From Trypethelium eluteriae (taxonomy: Eukaryota): a DNA stretch of 64,000 bases. The position numbers were made by a program, and so were the translations under genes. Position 1 is the first letter of the stretch; the number at the start of each line of letters is the position of its first letter. The DNA lies in NCBI GenBank assembly GCA_051942245.1, contig JAVECL010000063.1, positions 1-64,000 on the forward strand, written 5' to 3'. The notes under the pieces were generated by a model. That model was not told where the DNA came from, did no database searches, and saw only the letters and a list, made by a program, of their open reading frames with translations. Below are positions 13,428 to 27,427 of this stretch, piece after piece.

Positions 13428-15077
13428 GACAGGATGCAGCAGACAATGGATACGATATGTGAAAAGTCGACGAATGGAAATGTTCAGAGAAACCCACGTA
13501 CCACATAGTTGATCCTATGGTTGCGACCCCACACGGTACCGGTAGTGCTACTGCCTTGATCTATGGTGCTATGATGTTGATGGAAGCCCCGCAGACGATC
13601 GACAGGAGGACCTTGCATCCTGAGATGGACTATTAGCCGAGCCCGCATTGACACGATGGGGATGCCGAGGGGCGGGCCGAAGTAGGTACGGCGAGGTTGA
13701 CGAACTATGATGTCATGCTCTCTTTGGCCGCCATGGCGTCACAGGACGAACATCACTCATAGAGTACATTATCATACGACTATGTGACGACCCTGGTTGC
13801 TAGGTCAGCTGAAGTTGAGACTTTTCTAAAAAGGAATGACAAGAGCTCGACGGTCATAGCTCTGGAGATCGTAGCCACACCATTCGTCGTAGTCGCACCT
13901 CGCAGTATAAGCTACCGTAGATAGGTACTCCTGAGGCTAAGACGTGCAGGCTGGAACGAAGGGACACAAAATGAAACAGGACTGAAACTCATTGGGTACA
14001 GAATGTCCAGAAATTGGATACTATTGGAAAAGGAACAGACTCATGAGTCATGACGTGGTCTTGACTTGCAACGGGGGCGCAGGTTTACTGGGTAAAAAAG
14101 TTACTACCCTATCCTAGTTTGAGGCCTATTTTCGCGTGGGCGTTCTCTTTGGAAATTTCCCCCGACCTTAGCCACGCGGAAGCAAGCCTCAGTTGGCCAA
14201 GTGAATGCAGATGCATCTTCAACATACGCCTAGATCTAGACTCAGGATGCTGTAGCTCAGTCGAGGGGCATACTTGTTGGTGGCGTAGGAGCATTGTAGG
14301 AGCATTGTAGGGGCGACTAAAAATCCTTTAACCTTATCAACAGTCTTTAAATCAGAGGGCATCTAAGTTCACGTATTCACTACATACAGCAAGCAGCCGC
14401 GTTCGATGGCTATTGTAATAAGCATTGCAAGGTAGGATGAAAAGAAATATATCATCAATCATAGCGTAGAAGGTAGCTTAGTAGCTGATTCGCGATGAAC
14501 TCGACTTCCAGAGATAGGCAGCCAGCTGATGCTTTGTGCAAAGCTAGCAGTGGATGGGAAGGTTTCAACTCAACGAAGCATCCATCCGAAAGTTAGGCTC
14601 CTCCAGGAAAGCCACTTGTAAAACAGCCGAAAGACAAGCGCCACCAGCCGTCAGTGGCCCTTTCGTCCGCACAAATTTGACAGTTTGAAGGATCAAACTG
14701 TGTATTCGCTGAATCTCAGTAACTACAGCCCGCCTCTTAGACTGCGTGAAAATCTTGCGAATCACTCCACGCGGAATATCTTGAACAGGAATCTTTAACC
14801 CTGCAACCAACTGTAAGGCTGAGGGATATTTCACTCCTGTCCAGCCATTGGGCTGAACCCATTCGCCGTCAGTTTTTCGTGGGTTGTGATGAGGCATTGT
14901 GCCAAAGATAGATCAAGACGATTTCCTTGATATGCATGTGCACGCGCTGCTTTTCTTTCTTGATTTCTAACATGTGATATCGAGACAAAAGGAGAATTCT
15001 TCATGCTCTTTTTGAGAGAAACTTGACTTCTGCATTGACTCCAACACTTAACCACTCCCAAGATCAACGCCTAAAAT

Positions 15078-16170
15078 ATGGACACAGTACCTAAACAGTC
15101 ATCTGAAGAGCGCTTCCCAGAGCTCGCTCACCAGACATGGGAGGACCCTCGCAGTCGCACTCGGACACAACCAATGAAAATTTTGATGCCGGGCATGATG
15201 CGCACCGGTACAATGTGTATGCTTTGACTCTTTCAAGACTTCATAAGAGACCTTGTAGAACTACCTCAAGCACCTGACTTACTTTCGTCGCAGCTATGAT
15301 GATAGCTTTCAAGCAACTCGACTATACTGGTTTCTACCACATGACTTCGATCATGCACAATCCACCAGATACCAAGATGTGGATTGAGTATCTTCGATGG
15401 AAACACCATGGCGAGGGCAGGCCTTTTACTCGTAAAGATTGGGACCAATTGCTCGGCCATGCACAGGTATGCTCTAGCCTCTAACAGTGCATTCGCATAC
15501 ACTCATATGGACCGCTTGATTCTGCTGTTTCGCTCATGTGATCGCAACTCCTCGAACTGACTTACCCGGTGTACTCCAATAGGTCTGCTGCGATGTTCCC
15601 TTAGTCTGTGCTCTGCCAGACCTCATTGCCACTTACCCAGAAGCCGAAGTTATCCTAGTTGAACGCGACCCAGATAGCTGGTACGAATCTTCCTATTCCG
15701 GCACAAGCAAGTTCCTTTCCAGTAGGAGGACTCAAGTTCTTGCCACTCTGGACACTCGTTTCACGAGACCGTTGGCCGAAGTGATTCAACTGATGTTCGC
15801 CATTCTATGGGGCCCGAAGGGCTGGCAGGAGCCAGAGCAAGTCGTCAAGCGCCGCTATCACGAGCTACATGAGGACGTGCGCCGACTCGTGCCGCCAGAA
15901 AGGCTATTGGGCTACAAGATCGGGAAAGGATGGGCGCCGCTATGTGAATTTCTGGGAAAGGAAGTGCCCGACACACCGTTCCCACGTGTAAATGAGCGGA
16001 AGGAGTTCAGTGAGAGGCTAAATTACATGCTAACCAAAGTAACCGAGAGGCTCTTGTGGGGGGCAATGCCTTACGCAGCGGTAGTGACAGTAGCAGCCAT
16101 AGCCGTCACGTATTCTGTTTGGGCAATGGATACCTTGGGTGCTGGCATTCTCTCAGGACGGGTGAGCTGA
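15078..16170 (+). CDS. P-loop sulfotransferase-like protein (Sulfotransfer_4 type) with C-terminal membrane anchor, 2 introns
   Basis: MKILMPGMMRTGT, YHM, CDVP, YPEAEVILVERDPDSWYES, VPPERLL, GWAPLCEFLGKEVP..PFPRVN. Confidence 0.85.
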
Positions 16171-17149
16171 TGGATCTCCTGACGTGGACCCCGGATAGCT
16201 GTGAGAGAAGGACGAAGAAACGATCAGCAAAAAAAAAAAATCACAGGAATAGTTACGTTGTCTTGAGTTTCTCTTATTCTAGGAACATAATCGCACATCA
16301 TTCTACCGTGTAGAACGCTCTTCGATTCCATGAGACGTTCCGTGCAAATGACACACAAAGTCGGATGGATATGAAATGTCTTTAGCGAGATGCAGAATTT
16401 TTCTCAGCCGACGCGCAAGCAAGGTTCGCGGTCGCGGCGAATGCACGTCCCTGTGGCATGGCATGGTCCCCTCCCCTACCTACTCCTGCCACTTCCTGCT
16501 TGTCCTCAATACTTGAAACCTCAGCTTGGCTCTCGAAACATTTGCGCCCTGAGAGTAGGCTACTGGAATACTTGCTCGCTCCTGTGCTCTTCGCTCTCCC
16601 ATGCCACTTCCCTCGTTTCCTCATAGTAAAAGCAACATACGGCAAGCAATGTTCAGTTCCTGCAAGCGGATTGCTTTACTGTCCTGTCGCCCTTTTTCTT
16701 TCCCAACTGCCGCGTATTCATCAGTTTATGGCATCTTTGCTCGCGGTAAGTATCATGAGATGGCTGAATTGCTGCACGAGAAATCTGATCTTCGTCATGT
16801 TTCAGACAGGTAAGTCAAACGTAAGGACTACAGGGAACGATCGCTCTGTCCTTCTGGCGAGCATGAGGGTAAAGAGCACTACTGGCATGCTTAATTTCCG
16901 GGCATTGATATACAAGTATTGGCGCGTGCTATCTGCTGGAAGCGTCAAGCGCGATATCTGCTTGGAGTCTACCCCTCAATCAGGCCTCCATCGCTTCCCC
17001 GCCTGTATCAACAAGCCGTTCCCATCCGCCTTTGCTACAGCAAGTTTGCGAACCTCTCATACACTCTTCGGACATCCATATGAACTCTTCCCTTTCACCA
17101 ATTTTCGTAGTCAAGTTATTTTGGAAAATATTGTGTCAAAGGGAAAAAG

Positions 17150-18485
17150 ATGGCAGCTCACGACAAGAATTTCGATATCCCAAAGAGATACAAGGCGGTT
17201 GTATATGACAACCCTGGTACCATCAGCACCAAAATTGTGGAAATGGAAACTCCCGAACCAGGCCATGGAGAAGTCCTCGTGCGAATGTACGCCTCTGTCA
17301 GCCTTGGGTAAGTAGCATAGAGAGCGCTGACAAATGTGCAAGAACGCATTCTGGGTAGGTCCGTTGTGCAAACATACTGGTAGTCATTGATCAATCTGCG
17401 GTAGTGTTTGTCATTCTGATCTCGCTGTTATGGTTGGTATTCAGCTTTCACACCATTATAGCGCTGTCCAATACTGAAAAGAATACTAGGAAAATGCCTG
17501 GGTCGAGACAATGGGCATGCCTCCCACACCATTGGCTCAAATAGGAGGCCACGAAGGCGTTGGTGTGATCCATAGAATGGGCCCTGGTACTGAAAAAGCA
17601 TCAGTCAAACTAGGAGATCGTGTCGGCATTAGACTAACGACGTCCGTCTGCGGATCCTGTGGTATGCCCATCGGCAGTATCGGACGCTTAGATCTAGTAT
17701 GCTGACCTGGATGCAACGGTGAAGAAAAATGTCTCTCAGGTCTAGAAACTCGATGTCCTTCGCGCCAGACTGGTGGCATAAGAAAACCCGGTACCTTCCA
17801 ACAGTACGTCGTCAGCTCCGCCTTCTACGTAACTCCAATTCCGGACGGTCTAGATCCCGTCATTGCGGCCCCGATGTTATGTGCAGGAATTACCGTCTTT
17901 TCTGCCTTGAATCGCTGTGATACACGGCCTGGCCAATGGGTGGTTATCTCCGGAGCTGGAGGCGGGCTGGGACATATTGCATGTCAGCTAGGATCGCGTG
18001 GCATGGCTTTTCGAATCATCGGAGTTGATCACGGCAGTAAAGAGGGCCTTGTACGGGAGAGCGGTGCGGAGGAGTTCATCGACGTAACCAAATTTGATGA
18101 CAAGACTATTGCCGAGGAGGTGAAAAGGCTCACAGGAGGAAAAGGCGCAACCGCGGCTATCTCTTGCACGTCGAGCAATCGTGCGTATTCGCAAGCACTG
18201 AGTATGTTGACTGAGGGTGGGACTCTGGTCTGTGCAGGCGTTCCTGAGGGTACGCCACAGGAGATCAGTGGGGCCTTTCCATCGAACATGATCGGGAGAT
18301 GTTTGACTATCAGAGGGGTGAGCATGGGTAACAAGAAGGATGCTATCGAGATAATGGATTTCGCCGCGAGGCGAGTGGTCAAACCACATTGCCAAGTTGA
18401 AAAGATGGAGAATTTGACTGCCGTCTTCAAGGAGATGTCGGAAGGTAAGCTCATGGGAAGGGTAGTTCTGGACCTACTGTCTTAA
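17150..18485 (+). CDS. Zinc-dependent alcohol dehydrogenase, 4 introns including micro-exons
   Basis: Spliced THSG|VCHSDL (12-nt and 28-nt exons), GHEGVG, structural-zinc C..C|..C.......C, APMLCAGIT, GAGGGLG, GRVVLDL. Confidence 0.9.
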
Positions 18486-19493
18486 CAGCATAGAAACGGT
18501 TTGTGTACGATCACGGAGTATCAGACGCAAGACCTACTATCAAAGATCTTCCTGATTCTTTCTGGGATGAAGTCGCTTCGCGGTCGGAATTCTACTTCTA
18601 AGTTCTGTACCCTGGCTCTAATTCTGATCTCACGTTGCTACCAGGGCTATAAGTCAGAGCTTGAAGCTTCGTTATTGAAGAATAGATCTAAAAGCTACTC
18701 TCATGTGACCAACCATCCCTGGAGTGAGTGAGACGCTTATAGATCTGAATCTTTTATTTCCCCTCTCAGTATTGGTATGAGCCTATCTCTTGCCTCCAAG
18801 GATACTACGCATGTAGTTGTGAATGAAACGGTCGCCGATTTCACCGTTGAGTTATATCACAATCCAAATTTGCTAATTATACCGCCTAGATCCTTTCATG
18901 TAGTCTTTATCCTATCCCATCATCTTCGCGACTCAATCAATAGCACCACTGCGCTATAAGTCATTGTATGTACGCTACACCAATACACTGTCAGAAAATG
19001 GCGAAAGGGCCGATACAAACTGGACAACGTACCTTTGAGCTGTTCTACTCCGTAGAGGCATCTTAGTCCGTTCTCCTTCGAGTCCAGCACATGCTTTCGT
19101 GATTCATATATAGAAAGAGACACAGTTACTCGGGAAAGTGAATTGCTCTACATTTGATTTTCTCAATGAATACTCTCAAAGAATGACTTGTGTGATAATG
19201 ACAGTTTGTTGTGAGTCTGTATCGATAGTTCTAAAAGAACTGACTTTGATTTGCAAAGGCGTTCAAAAGAATGAAATAGACCGCGCTGATGAGGGGACAA
19301 GGATATACGCTAGCTCGTAAGCAAAAGATCTCCACGAAGCTATACGTGTTCGGTCACTCTCCGGTCCTGCACAAAGATGCTCCTCAAGCCCACATACACA
19401 ACTCACATTGGAAGTGAGTGATGTCTCTTCTGGAATACCTTCATCAATAAGTATCGGCAGTCTTTTAAGATGTTGTGATCAACGTGACTGGCC

Positions 19494-20458
19494 CTAAGAA
19501 TCCTCCTGAATGCGATAAATGACCGGAAGCAAGTAGAGACTCATCATCCACAGACTCCACCATCTGAATGTGTTTTTATCTGCTTGTTGATTGCGCATAT
19601 AGATGCAGCGATAGATGACATAGCAGCTCAAGGGCGCGCACGTAAATATGTTTGTAAGGTTAATTGACCAGAACGCGATGCAAGCGCAGGACCAGAGAGC
19701 TATGCAGATGGCACTTATCCATCGGCAAAACGCGTCCCCTAAAATAAGTGGGACAGTGAGTCGTCCCCGCGCTCGGTCACCCTCTTGATCTTTCAAATCT
19801 TGAATGTGTGCAGTCGTGAGGATGGCACCGCCGATGATCGCGATCCAGAGGTAGCCTCCTTCCGTGATGACGGCTAGCTCAGGGTCTATCGCTATTTTAA
19901 GAGACCCATAGTTGCTAATTGAGTATGCGAGCACTATCATAAAGTCTCGCGTAAGCTCATCGCCGCCTCCCAGGTCGTTGTATAGCCAGTTGAGGATCAC
20001 AACAAGTGCCGTCTCCCAGCCTACGCCCATGAGCATGTTCAGAACCAGAACTGTAGGTACGAGAACAAGCATTGCTCGGCGTGCCTGATCTGGTGTGACT
20101 TTTCCAGAAGCGATTGCTCGCCATGGCTTGTTGACACTGTCTTCCTTTATGGATTCGGGGAGTCGTTGGTTTGCGAGGGTCCAGACCAACATATTGGACC
20201 AGTTGTACAGGAGGGCTAGGGGTGCTCGAGCCAGAACATCCGTGAAAGAGGGATTCGCGTGACTTGTAAGTTGGAGACCTGACAAGGCCGAGAAAACGCC
20301 GAACATGGTACATGGGATTATGATACTAGGGAGGTCGGCTTTGGTGAAGAGCCAGAAGATGGAAAGGAGTTCCATCGCCTGGGAACAGCAGTGAGCCACC
20401 TGTATGGAGTGAGACTCTTCTTGGCATTTTACTATGAATCTATGGTACTTACGGCCAT
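19494..20458 (-). CDS. UbiA-superfamily membrane protein, probable UbiA-type terpene cyclase (Fma-TC-like)
   Basis: 6-nt first exon ATGGCC then a GTAAGT intron; motifs NQRLPESIKEDSVNKPWRAI, YNDLGG, QDLKDQEGDRARGRLTVPL; multiple hydrophobic helices. Confidence 0.8.
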
Positions 20459-20754
20459 GATGAAGAATGTTGATTGCAATAACTATGCCGAGATTCTTTA
20501 TACGACTGAGAAAAAAGTAGGGGGGTCCAAAGTTCCTCGACTTAGATAGTAACAGCAGTAAAACAAAGTCTTGTATATTATGCTCTTAGATTGCAAAGTG
20601 TATTCGCAGAGGGAAAAGAAGTCTGAGCTGAGCAGAAATCTGTTGGAGTGAAACAAAATGGTAGATGAGGCCATCTTCTTGGCATTTTATATAGAGAAAC
20701 GTCCATCCAGGACTGGAGTGCTGATGAAAGAAAAGTACTTTTCTTGCAGCGATT

Positions 20755-20890
20755 GAGAGTTCCTCGGAAGAACCTCTCAGCTCGCGACCATTTTACAGAT
20801 ACGGTGTGGATTGCATGCGGTCGAGAGTTCCTCGTGAGAGCATCTCAGCTCGCGACCATTCTACAAATACGGTGTGGATTGCATGCGAGT
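20755..20890. repeat. Imperfect 68-bp tandem duplication upstream of the UbiA gene
   Basis: GAGAGTTCCTCG...TCTCAGCTCGCGACCATT.TACA.ATACGGTGTGGATTGCATGCG begins at 20755 and again at 20823. Confidence 0.9.
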
Positions 20891-23800
20891 TCTCTAACAG
20901 TCAAATTGGACCCTCTGTCTTGTAATCTCAAGTTTCGACTTAACCTCAGATGACAGCTGGAATAGGCCGCACCGACGTCTACGATGATGCAGATCAGCTG
21001 CAGACATTATCGTAGTCTGACGTGGTGAGCTTCCGACGGTGGAACAAACCTCGAAATCGCAATATACGCGATTGTAGTACTCTATAGCACTATTTGTACA
21101 GCCAAGGATATGGAATGCACAAAATTCATTGGCCGAGTATCAGAAGGGAGTATTTCTCGAATAATCAGAGTGGAGACTGGGTCAGTACATGTGACACTTA
21201 CTGAGCCTCTTGGGAGGCAACTGACGTGGCCCCCTCCCACTCATGTTACTCGCTGAGAGTTACTCTTTACGTCAATTCTCGGAAAATTTGTAACGAATCT
21301 GATCTCACAGCAACGAAATTCATCAGATCGCGAAAATGTTCCTTGTACAGATTTTTCTGGGCACGCGCCTGATAAAATCAGCCGCACACACAAATCTGTT
21401 TTCTTCCATTAGCTTCCTTCCAATAAATAGAGAAGTCAATTTTTCAAAAATTGGTACAAAAATAATCTGTAGCTTAAGGTATTTTTTAATATAAATATCG
21501 TCTCATAAAGTGTGGTTGTTGTAGTAGAGTAATCTTTGATCAAAACCAACCTGCTGGTACGTAGAGTACGATAGAGTACAGCTACTCTGATCTGGCGAGG
21601 TACCCGCCCATCTGTGTATGCGGCTTCATGGGTTAAGAGCGTGCTGGGTTCGAGAGGAAGTCGGTCCGAAGGCGGGACCTCATTCATCATCCGCCACTTG
21701 CCTCTAGCGCGACATTGGTACCCACAGCTAGTCGTCGCTGGCTCAAGACCATAGGTGGATAGCGTCCTTGTCGCGTCAAAATTTGCGGACGCGGAGCCGC
21801 AGTGCCCCTGTGCTTACAGTGCTTACTTGATATAGTACCCTGGAAAGCGCCCAGTCTTTCAAAGAGCCTCAAGTTCGAAGAGCCTCTGGCGCCTGGGTTG
21901 GACACAGCTGATGGGGGCTTGGACAGCATTTGGTCTCGATAAGACGTGCTGCATATCCTATCCTACGAAACTTACCTGCCAAAAGCGGGTCACTTCTCAC
22001 CGACCTTTATGTTGTGGGTCAGTCTTCTCCACACGACCAACGAGGCCGAGTCCTGTTCTAGAAGTCTGCCAAAGGTTTGACAAGCATGAAGTTGGGACGA
22101 CGGCTATCGGCGAAGGCCGCGAGAGTCTCGGTACGGAATACTGTGGAAGAGATGGCTGCGTGACTTTGCCCTATGCCTATTATGCTATAATGCATATAGG
22201 AAGGAGAGGCTCAAAGGGATACGAATGCGTGGGTGCAGGCTGGGGCAACGAAAAGCAGTCTGCATCATCGCATCCAATATTGGGTCTGGTTCTCTGTATC
22301 AGAAACCGTGTGCTCGTTTTAGATTAAACTTCCCAGTACTCGCCCTCGACTGTTAGGGTCCATTTGCTTCGGACTGTGGGGGTTTTCCGCGACTCCATCG
22401 TTTGTCAATCCACGCACCAGATTTAGAGCATCACTACGTTGCTGCGCAGTAGCCCAAAGAGGGCCAGCGAGTATTGGTAGTATCAGTGAAAAATAGCTTG
22501 TTATCCTTGCTGGTATAAGTCTCGGCCTCCAATGGATGAGATAGATGCGCAGGTACTTTACTGAGTGCAACGCTAGAGCCAGATGGCTGCGATCAACCGG
22601 CGTTGGTGGTACGACTGCGTACGGCGTCAGTGACATGCCGCATTTGAGTCTGTTTGGATGTGAACTAGACTAGGGCACCCCCCAGTGCGTTTCGGCAGTC
22701 CATGTTTGACGCTGGTGTCTGAATCTCCCCTAGTTTTGGCCCAGATTTTCCACAAAAGTCTCTCTTGGTTGTTCATTTCGCGTGTGACCTCCTGGCGTCC
22801 GATTGTTGGAAGAATTTCCCCATCACCCACTCGAGTCTAGCTTGTCCCTTTCTTGGCTTGATTAGCACAAGAAGCCGTACAAAGTATTCAGCGCAGAAAC
22901 TGAAGAGAATTGGTGAGGTCTATCGACCCAAGCAGGATGCTACTGTCGGCTAAGCCAAGCGAAGCAGCTAACAGTCAAGAGGAATGAAACTGATGCACAG
23001 CTTTGACAGCAAAACGAAGACAAATATGACCTACACGGTTAGGTTTCCACTCTGATAGGGAAGTCGAGGAGTGTACGCTGCATGGCCAGCGAAGACTTGG
23101 TGTTTCCGCTCATGTCGAATCTTTCCTCATGTCGAATCTTTCCGGTAATGCGCAAGCGACAGTATGACCATTGTATAACCTCGTCTGAGAGAGAGATGTT
23201 TTTGCTGCTAAGGTTTCGTTCAAGTGACTGGAGTTAGGTAGCCTGGTTGTGTCGACAGTGTGAATGGTGTCCGGTCAAAATTTCTCGGGCAAAGGTTAAG
23301 TCCACGACCACAACAAAGCGTTTCCGAATGAGGGAAGTGGAGCGAGTTTCCCTTCCAAAGGTTGTGGTCACGTGAACGGACATCGCCTGAGATTGGTCCG
23401 AGGTACTCCGTGATGAAAGACAGTTCTTGTTCTCGATACTTGATGTGATCATATCAATTACTCTGAAGTCGAGACACCGATATTACTCTACCCTGCTATT
23501 CTCTAATTTCATCGTCTCCCAAGGATTGGTGAAGGTTCTAGCGTTCTGCCACCTGCAACGATGACTCAGATATGGAGCTCTTTGCGTGCACGATAACGAT
23601 GTTATCTCCAATGAACACAGCATCTCTCCTGGCTAGCAATGTAATCCAATACTCCTCGAGCAATGACATTTGCCTCTATCGCATTGGAGTTGTCGAAGCC
23701 GTCGATTCAAGGAATCCAACATTGTGGGTCGTCAAAGTCCCTTAAAATACCTCAAATTCCCTCAAGTTTGCCCATTGCTGCAGCAGCCTACAGCAAAGCT

Positions 23801-25795
23801 GGATCTCAATCGCACGACCTTCGCGATATCTTCGAAGGCTGACTCTGCCAACCAGGTTTATGCTGGAAAGGATGTGCGACGGAGTGAAATTCCAAGGCTG
23901 AACACCGTTGTTCTCAACGGCAGCTCTTTCCGTAGTCCCAGACGCAAATGGTTCTCGTGGCCTTATAGAACTCCTTGGATAGCCCGCCCCAGCGACGGAA
24001 GGTATGATCTCCTAAAAGCGGCGTCTCTGTCAGCTTCCCTGCTGACACTACTTGAGATAATAGTTATCATTAATAATAAACCAGCTCTTGCGCAACAACA
24101 GCTCGTTGGCCGCTGTGCCACTCGCTGCCACCGAACGCATCAGTATTAGCGTTGTCTATGCGGGCCGATGCGGACCGATTCTATGGGAACATCTTTTCGA
24201 ATCACCGGGAGGGTGAAGAGCGTCGAATTCGAGTACCCCGAAATGACTTACGCTCCTTTAGAAACCACCGGCATCACTAAAGATGCCCAAATAGATACGA
24301 TACTCTGGCCTGAAGTCTTGCTGCGGCTGGCAGCCATCACAACGCATTCGTAATGCTGGCCATTAAGCTCATGCAGGTGTTCATGACGTACTGAATTCCA
24401 AGACTGGATCGGCCGTGGATCAACGCCTCAGAACAGACGCTATGTCGCATAGGTAAGCTCATGGCAGTGTTACCGTGGAGGCCCATTAAACTCTCTACTA
24501 TAGACAATAAGTATGCGACACTGGACACAAGCAGAGCTCGCTAGACTTTTCGAAATCCCTTACGGCGAATGCAAAATTCGCCAACATGAGATGCTGTGTT
24601 GAACTTAGAGATCATTGTGCACCAAGATTGACTTACATCCGCTTTGAAGTGATCCGACATACCAACCGGTCAACGCTCGTTTGAATACATGGGTTGATCC
24701 AAAACCTGTATAGACCGAGCGGCGAATGATTTGGAGACGTCCGCAGCAACACTATGTTCTAGGGCGTAAACGCATGGAAAAAGAGGTCTGGGGATTTTAC
24801 ATGTCCGCAAAGCCAGCTTTAGCTGAGCGGGCGAGCAGAAAGCCTGCAAATTTCTTGACTAATCCATTCTTATATTCATGATATCCAAAAGCTTGATGTT
24901 ATTTGGTTGCAGGCATTCCATAGAACCTCCGAGCGTTGAACGTCTTAGTCCTTCAGAAAATGGTGAATGAACAATGTTAATTGTAAAACCACAGGAGCCA
25001 GTGGCATACTGTCAACAGAGAGTCTCAGCCGTTATTATTTGAAATAATTGATTTAGAGGTTCGGTAGATCAACGCTGATCTCCACCGAGGCACAGACTAT
25101 CAGTTAACGGCCTCCGTACTGGGGATAGCGGCGGCAGCTAATGCAGGACAGCAAAGCTTAGATGAACAATGATGACATTTCACGTTGATCGTCTTCATCA
25201 TTTTCATCGTTCTAATTTCCGACACGGCGCGGATGTCCCTTCTGATTGTCTACAGCCGTTGCCGAGCTCTTTCATTGGCAAAGCTGCGACAAGGCATCAA
25301 ATTGATTCCGATATGGTCATTACACCGGAATTCGTCACATTCCTTCTTCTTGCTGCCTCTTTTGTTGATTGATTGTTAACCCCACTCTCGTCATGGCCCC
25401 CAAATCCCCCAATTGTACTTTGTACCTGCGAAAGGTCCCCATTTCTATTTTCCTAGCCTCTAGATTATATGCCGCAATCCCTACACCTTGATTATGACCA
25501 CGCCACATGCTACAGGATCCAACCCTGTCCCGCCAGCTACCCAAAAGCTCGGCCCGATTAGGTACTAGACTTTACGGAAACCCGGAATCAAGACGCCGTC
25601 TAAGAGTTCGCCATTTCCTGGTGCTTGGAAAAGTCATCCTGACGCTATGGTACCAACATGCGGAAGCTCGGTCGAATAGCGCTTGGAGACATTTATAATC
25701 CAAAGCTCCGATTATGGAGATGGGCTGATACTACCGTGCTGCTACGAGTTCTCTCCTTCTCTCCATTGAAGTCATAACCTTCTTTTCAACCAAGC

Positions 25796-27147
25796 ATGAC
25801 AATCATGAGTCTACTTACACTTCTGGCCCTCACTTTGGGTACTACTACCGCGCGAAAATGCCAAAATATAACTGTACCCATCGACATCTCCGCCAGAGTG
25901 GGAATATTTAATATCCAAGCTCCCGCGTCTGATATTGATACGACCAATTTCTTCCTCAACGACACTCAACAGGGCCACAACTTCACCCAGGAAATCCTTG
26001 AGGGAGTACGTGTCCTTCAAGCCTCACACATATCATTTCAGTGCTAACGTACTGGTCAGTATCGTACCATATCAGGCAAATACAATCTAGCAGCTACTTA
26101 TTGCGCTCCTGATAGCGGCCACGGAAAAGTAGCGCAGGTTCTCACTCATGGAATTGGATTTGACCGGAGGTAAAAACTCAGCTTTCTTCTGTCCCTGGTC
26201 TTGGTCAAACTGTCAAAAATCAGCATGGTTCTCGTAGACTTTGCTAACTAATGTCACATCAACAGCTATTGGGATCTCTCCTACAACAACTACAACTACA
26301 GTTATGTTGAGACGGCAGTGGACCAGTACGACTTTTCAACGGTAACGTGGGATCGTCTCGGTATCGGTATGTCGTCGCATGGCGACCCTGTCTCAGCGAT
26401 CCAGGAGCCCCTTGAAGAAGCCGCCCTCCATGCACTCACCAACATGACCCGCAATGGCGAGCTGCCCGGCATCGACTGCAAATTTGATAAGGTCGTTCAT
26501 GTCGGCCACTCATTTGGCTCCGTCATAAGCTACTCGCTGACGCGAGACTACCCAACCGCATCCGACGGTCTCATCTTGACAGGCTTCAGCGGCAACGCGA
26601 CCTTCCTCGCGTACTTCGCACTGGGTGGCAACTTCGTCTTGGCAAATACGATACCGCACTTGTCCGCCTACCCGGCTGGCTACTTTGCTGCGGGTGATGC
26701 GTCGGGCGTGCAGACGAACTTTTTCGCGCCAGGCGATTTCGATCCGAATATCTTGGAGCTTGGGTTCCAGACACAACAGCCGGTGACGGCGGGCGAGATA
26801 TTGACGATTGCGGCCAGTGGTGTGAACCATTTTGCTGGACCCGTGATTGTCATCACTGGTGGTAAGTGTCTCTTATCGTTTGATCTACCGGACGTCTTGT
26901 CCTTGAAGACTAAGCGGACTGACTCGAGATCGCAGAGCGTGACGTGCCCTTCTGCGGAGGCGACTGTCTTGCCACTGGGAATCCCGCATTACCGAACATC
27001 CCAGATGATGTCAAGCCAGATTTCCCAAACGCCAGCGTGTTTAAGACCTTCATCGTCCCTGCATCTGGGCACGGGTTGAACTTGGAATACTCGCACAAGA
27101 CGACGTATCACGTTGCGCAGCAGTTTCTCAACGAGAACGGGTTGTAA
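25796..27147 (+). CDS. Secreted alpha/beta hydrolase, 3 introns
   Basis: Signal peptide; QVLTHGIGFDR|SYW, WDRLGIGMSSHGDP, nucleophile GHSFG, GLILTGFS, D..FCGGDC, GHGLNL. Confidence 0.85.
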
Positions 27148-27427
27148 ACGAAGCGCAGAGTCTAGCGAGTACGACATCTTCCGTAAATGGATTGTAGATT
27201 GTTAAGATTGAGTCGAAATATGGCGTTCTGCAGTGCGACCTTGGTCGTACTTGATTGATCACATTTTTAGATGAGGGAACTCTCAGGAGGAACGCTAATT
27301 ACGCCCGTGTGCTTCACATAAATTAGCAGCGATCCATATTTACGAATAAGTCTACTCGATTAGATTTGCTGATTCTAGTTGGACGTCCAATGGATTGCAT
27401 TTGGCCAATGCTATTTCGATATACAGA

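Noticed and set aside
16458..17315. 285-aa ORF upstream of the ADH
   Set aside because: No recognisable motifs; it overlaps the ADH promoter and first exon out of frame.
14285..23143. Short tandem duplications (12 bp near 14285; 17 bp near 23110)
   Set aside because: Two copies each, consistent with ordinary slippage; not arrays, CRISPR or transposon ends.
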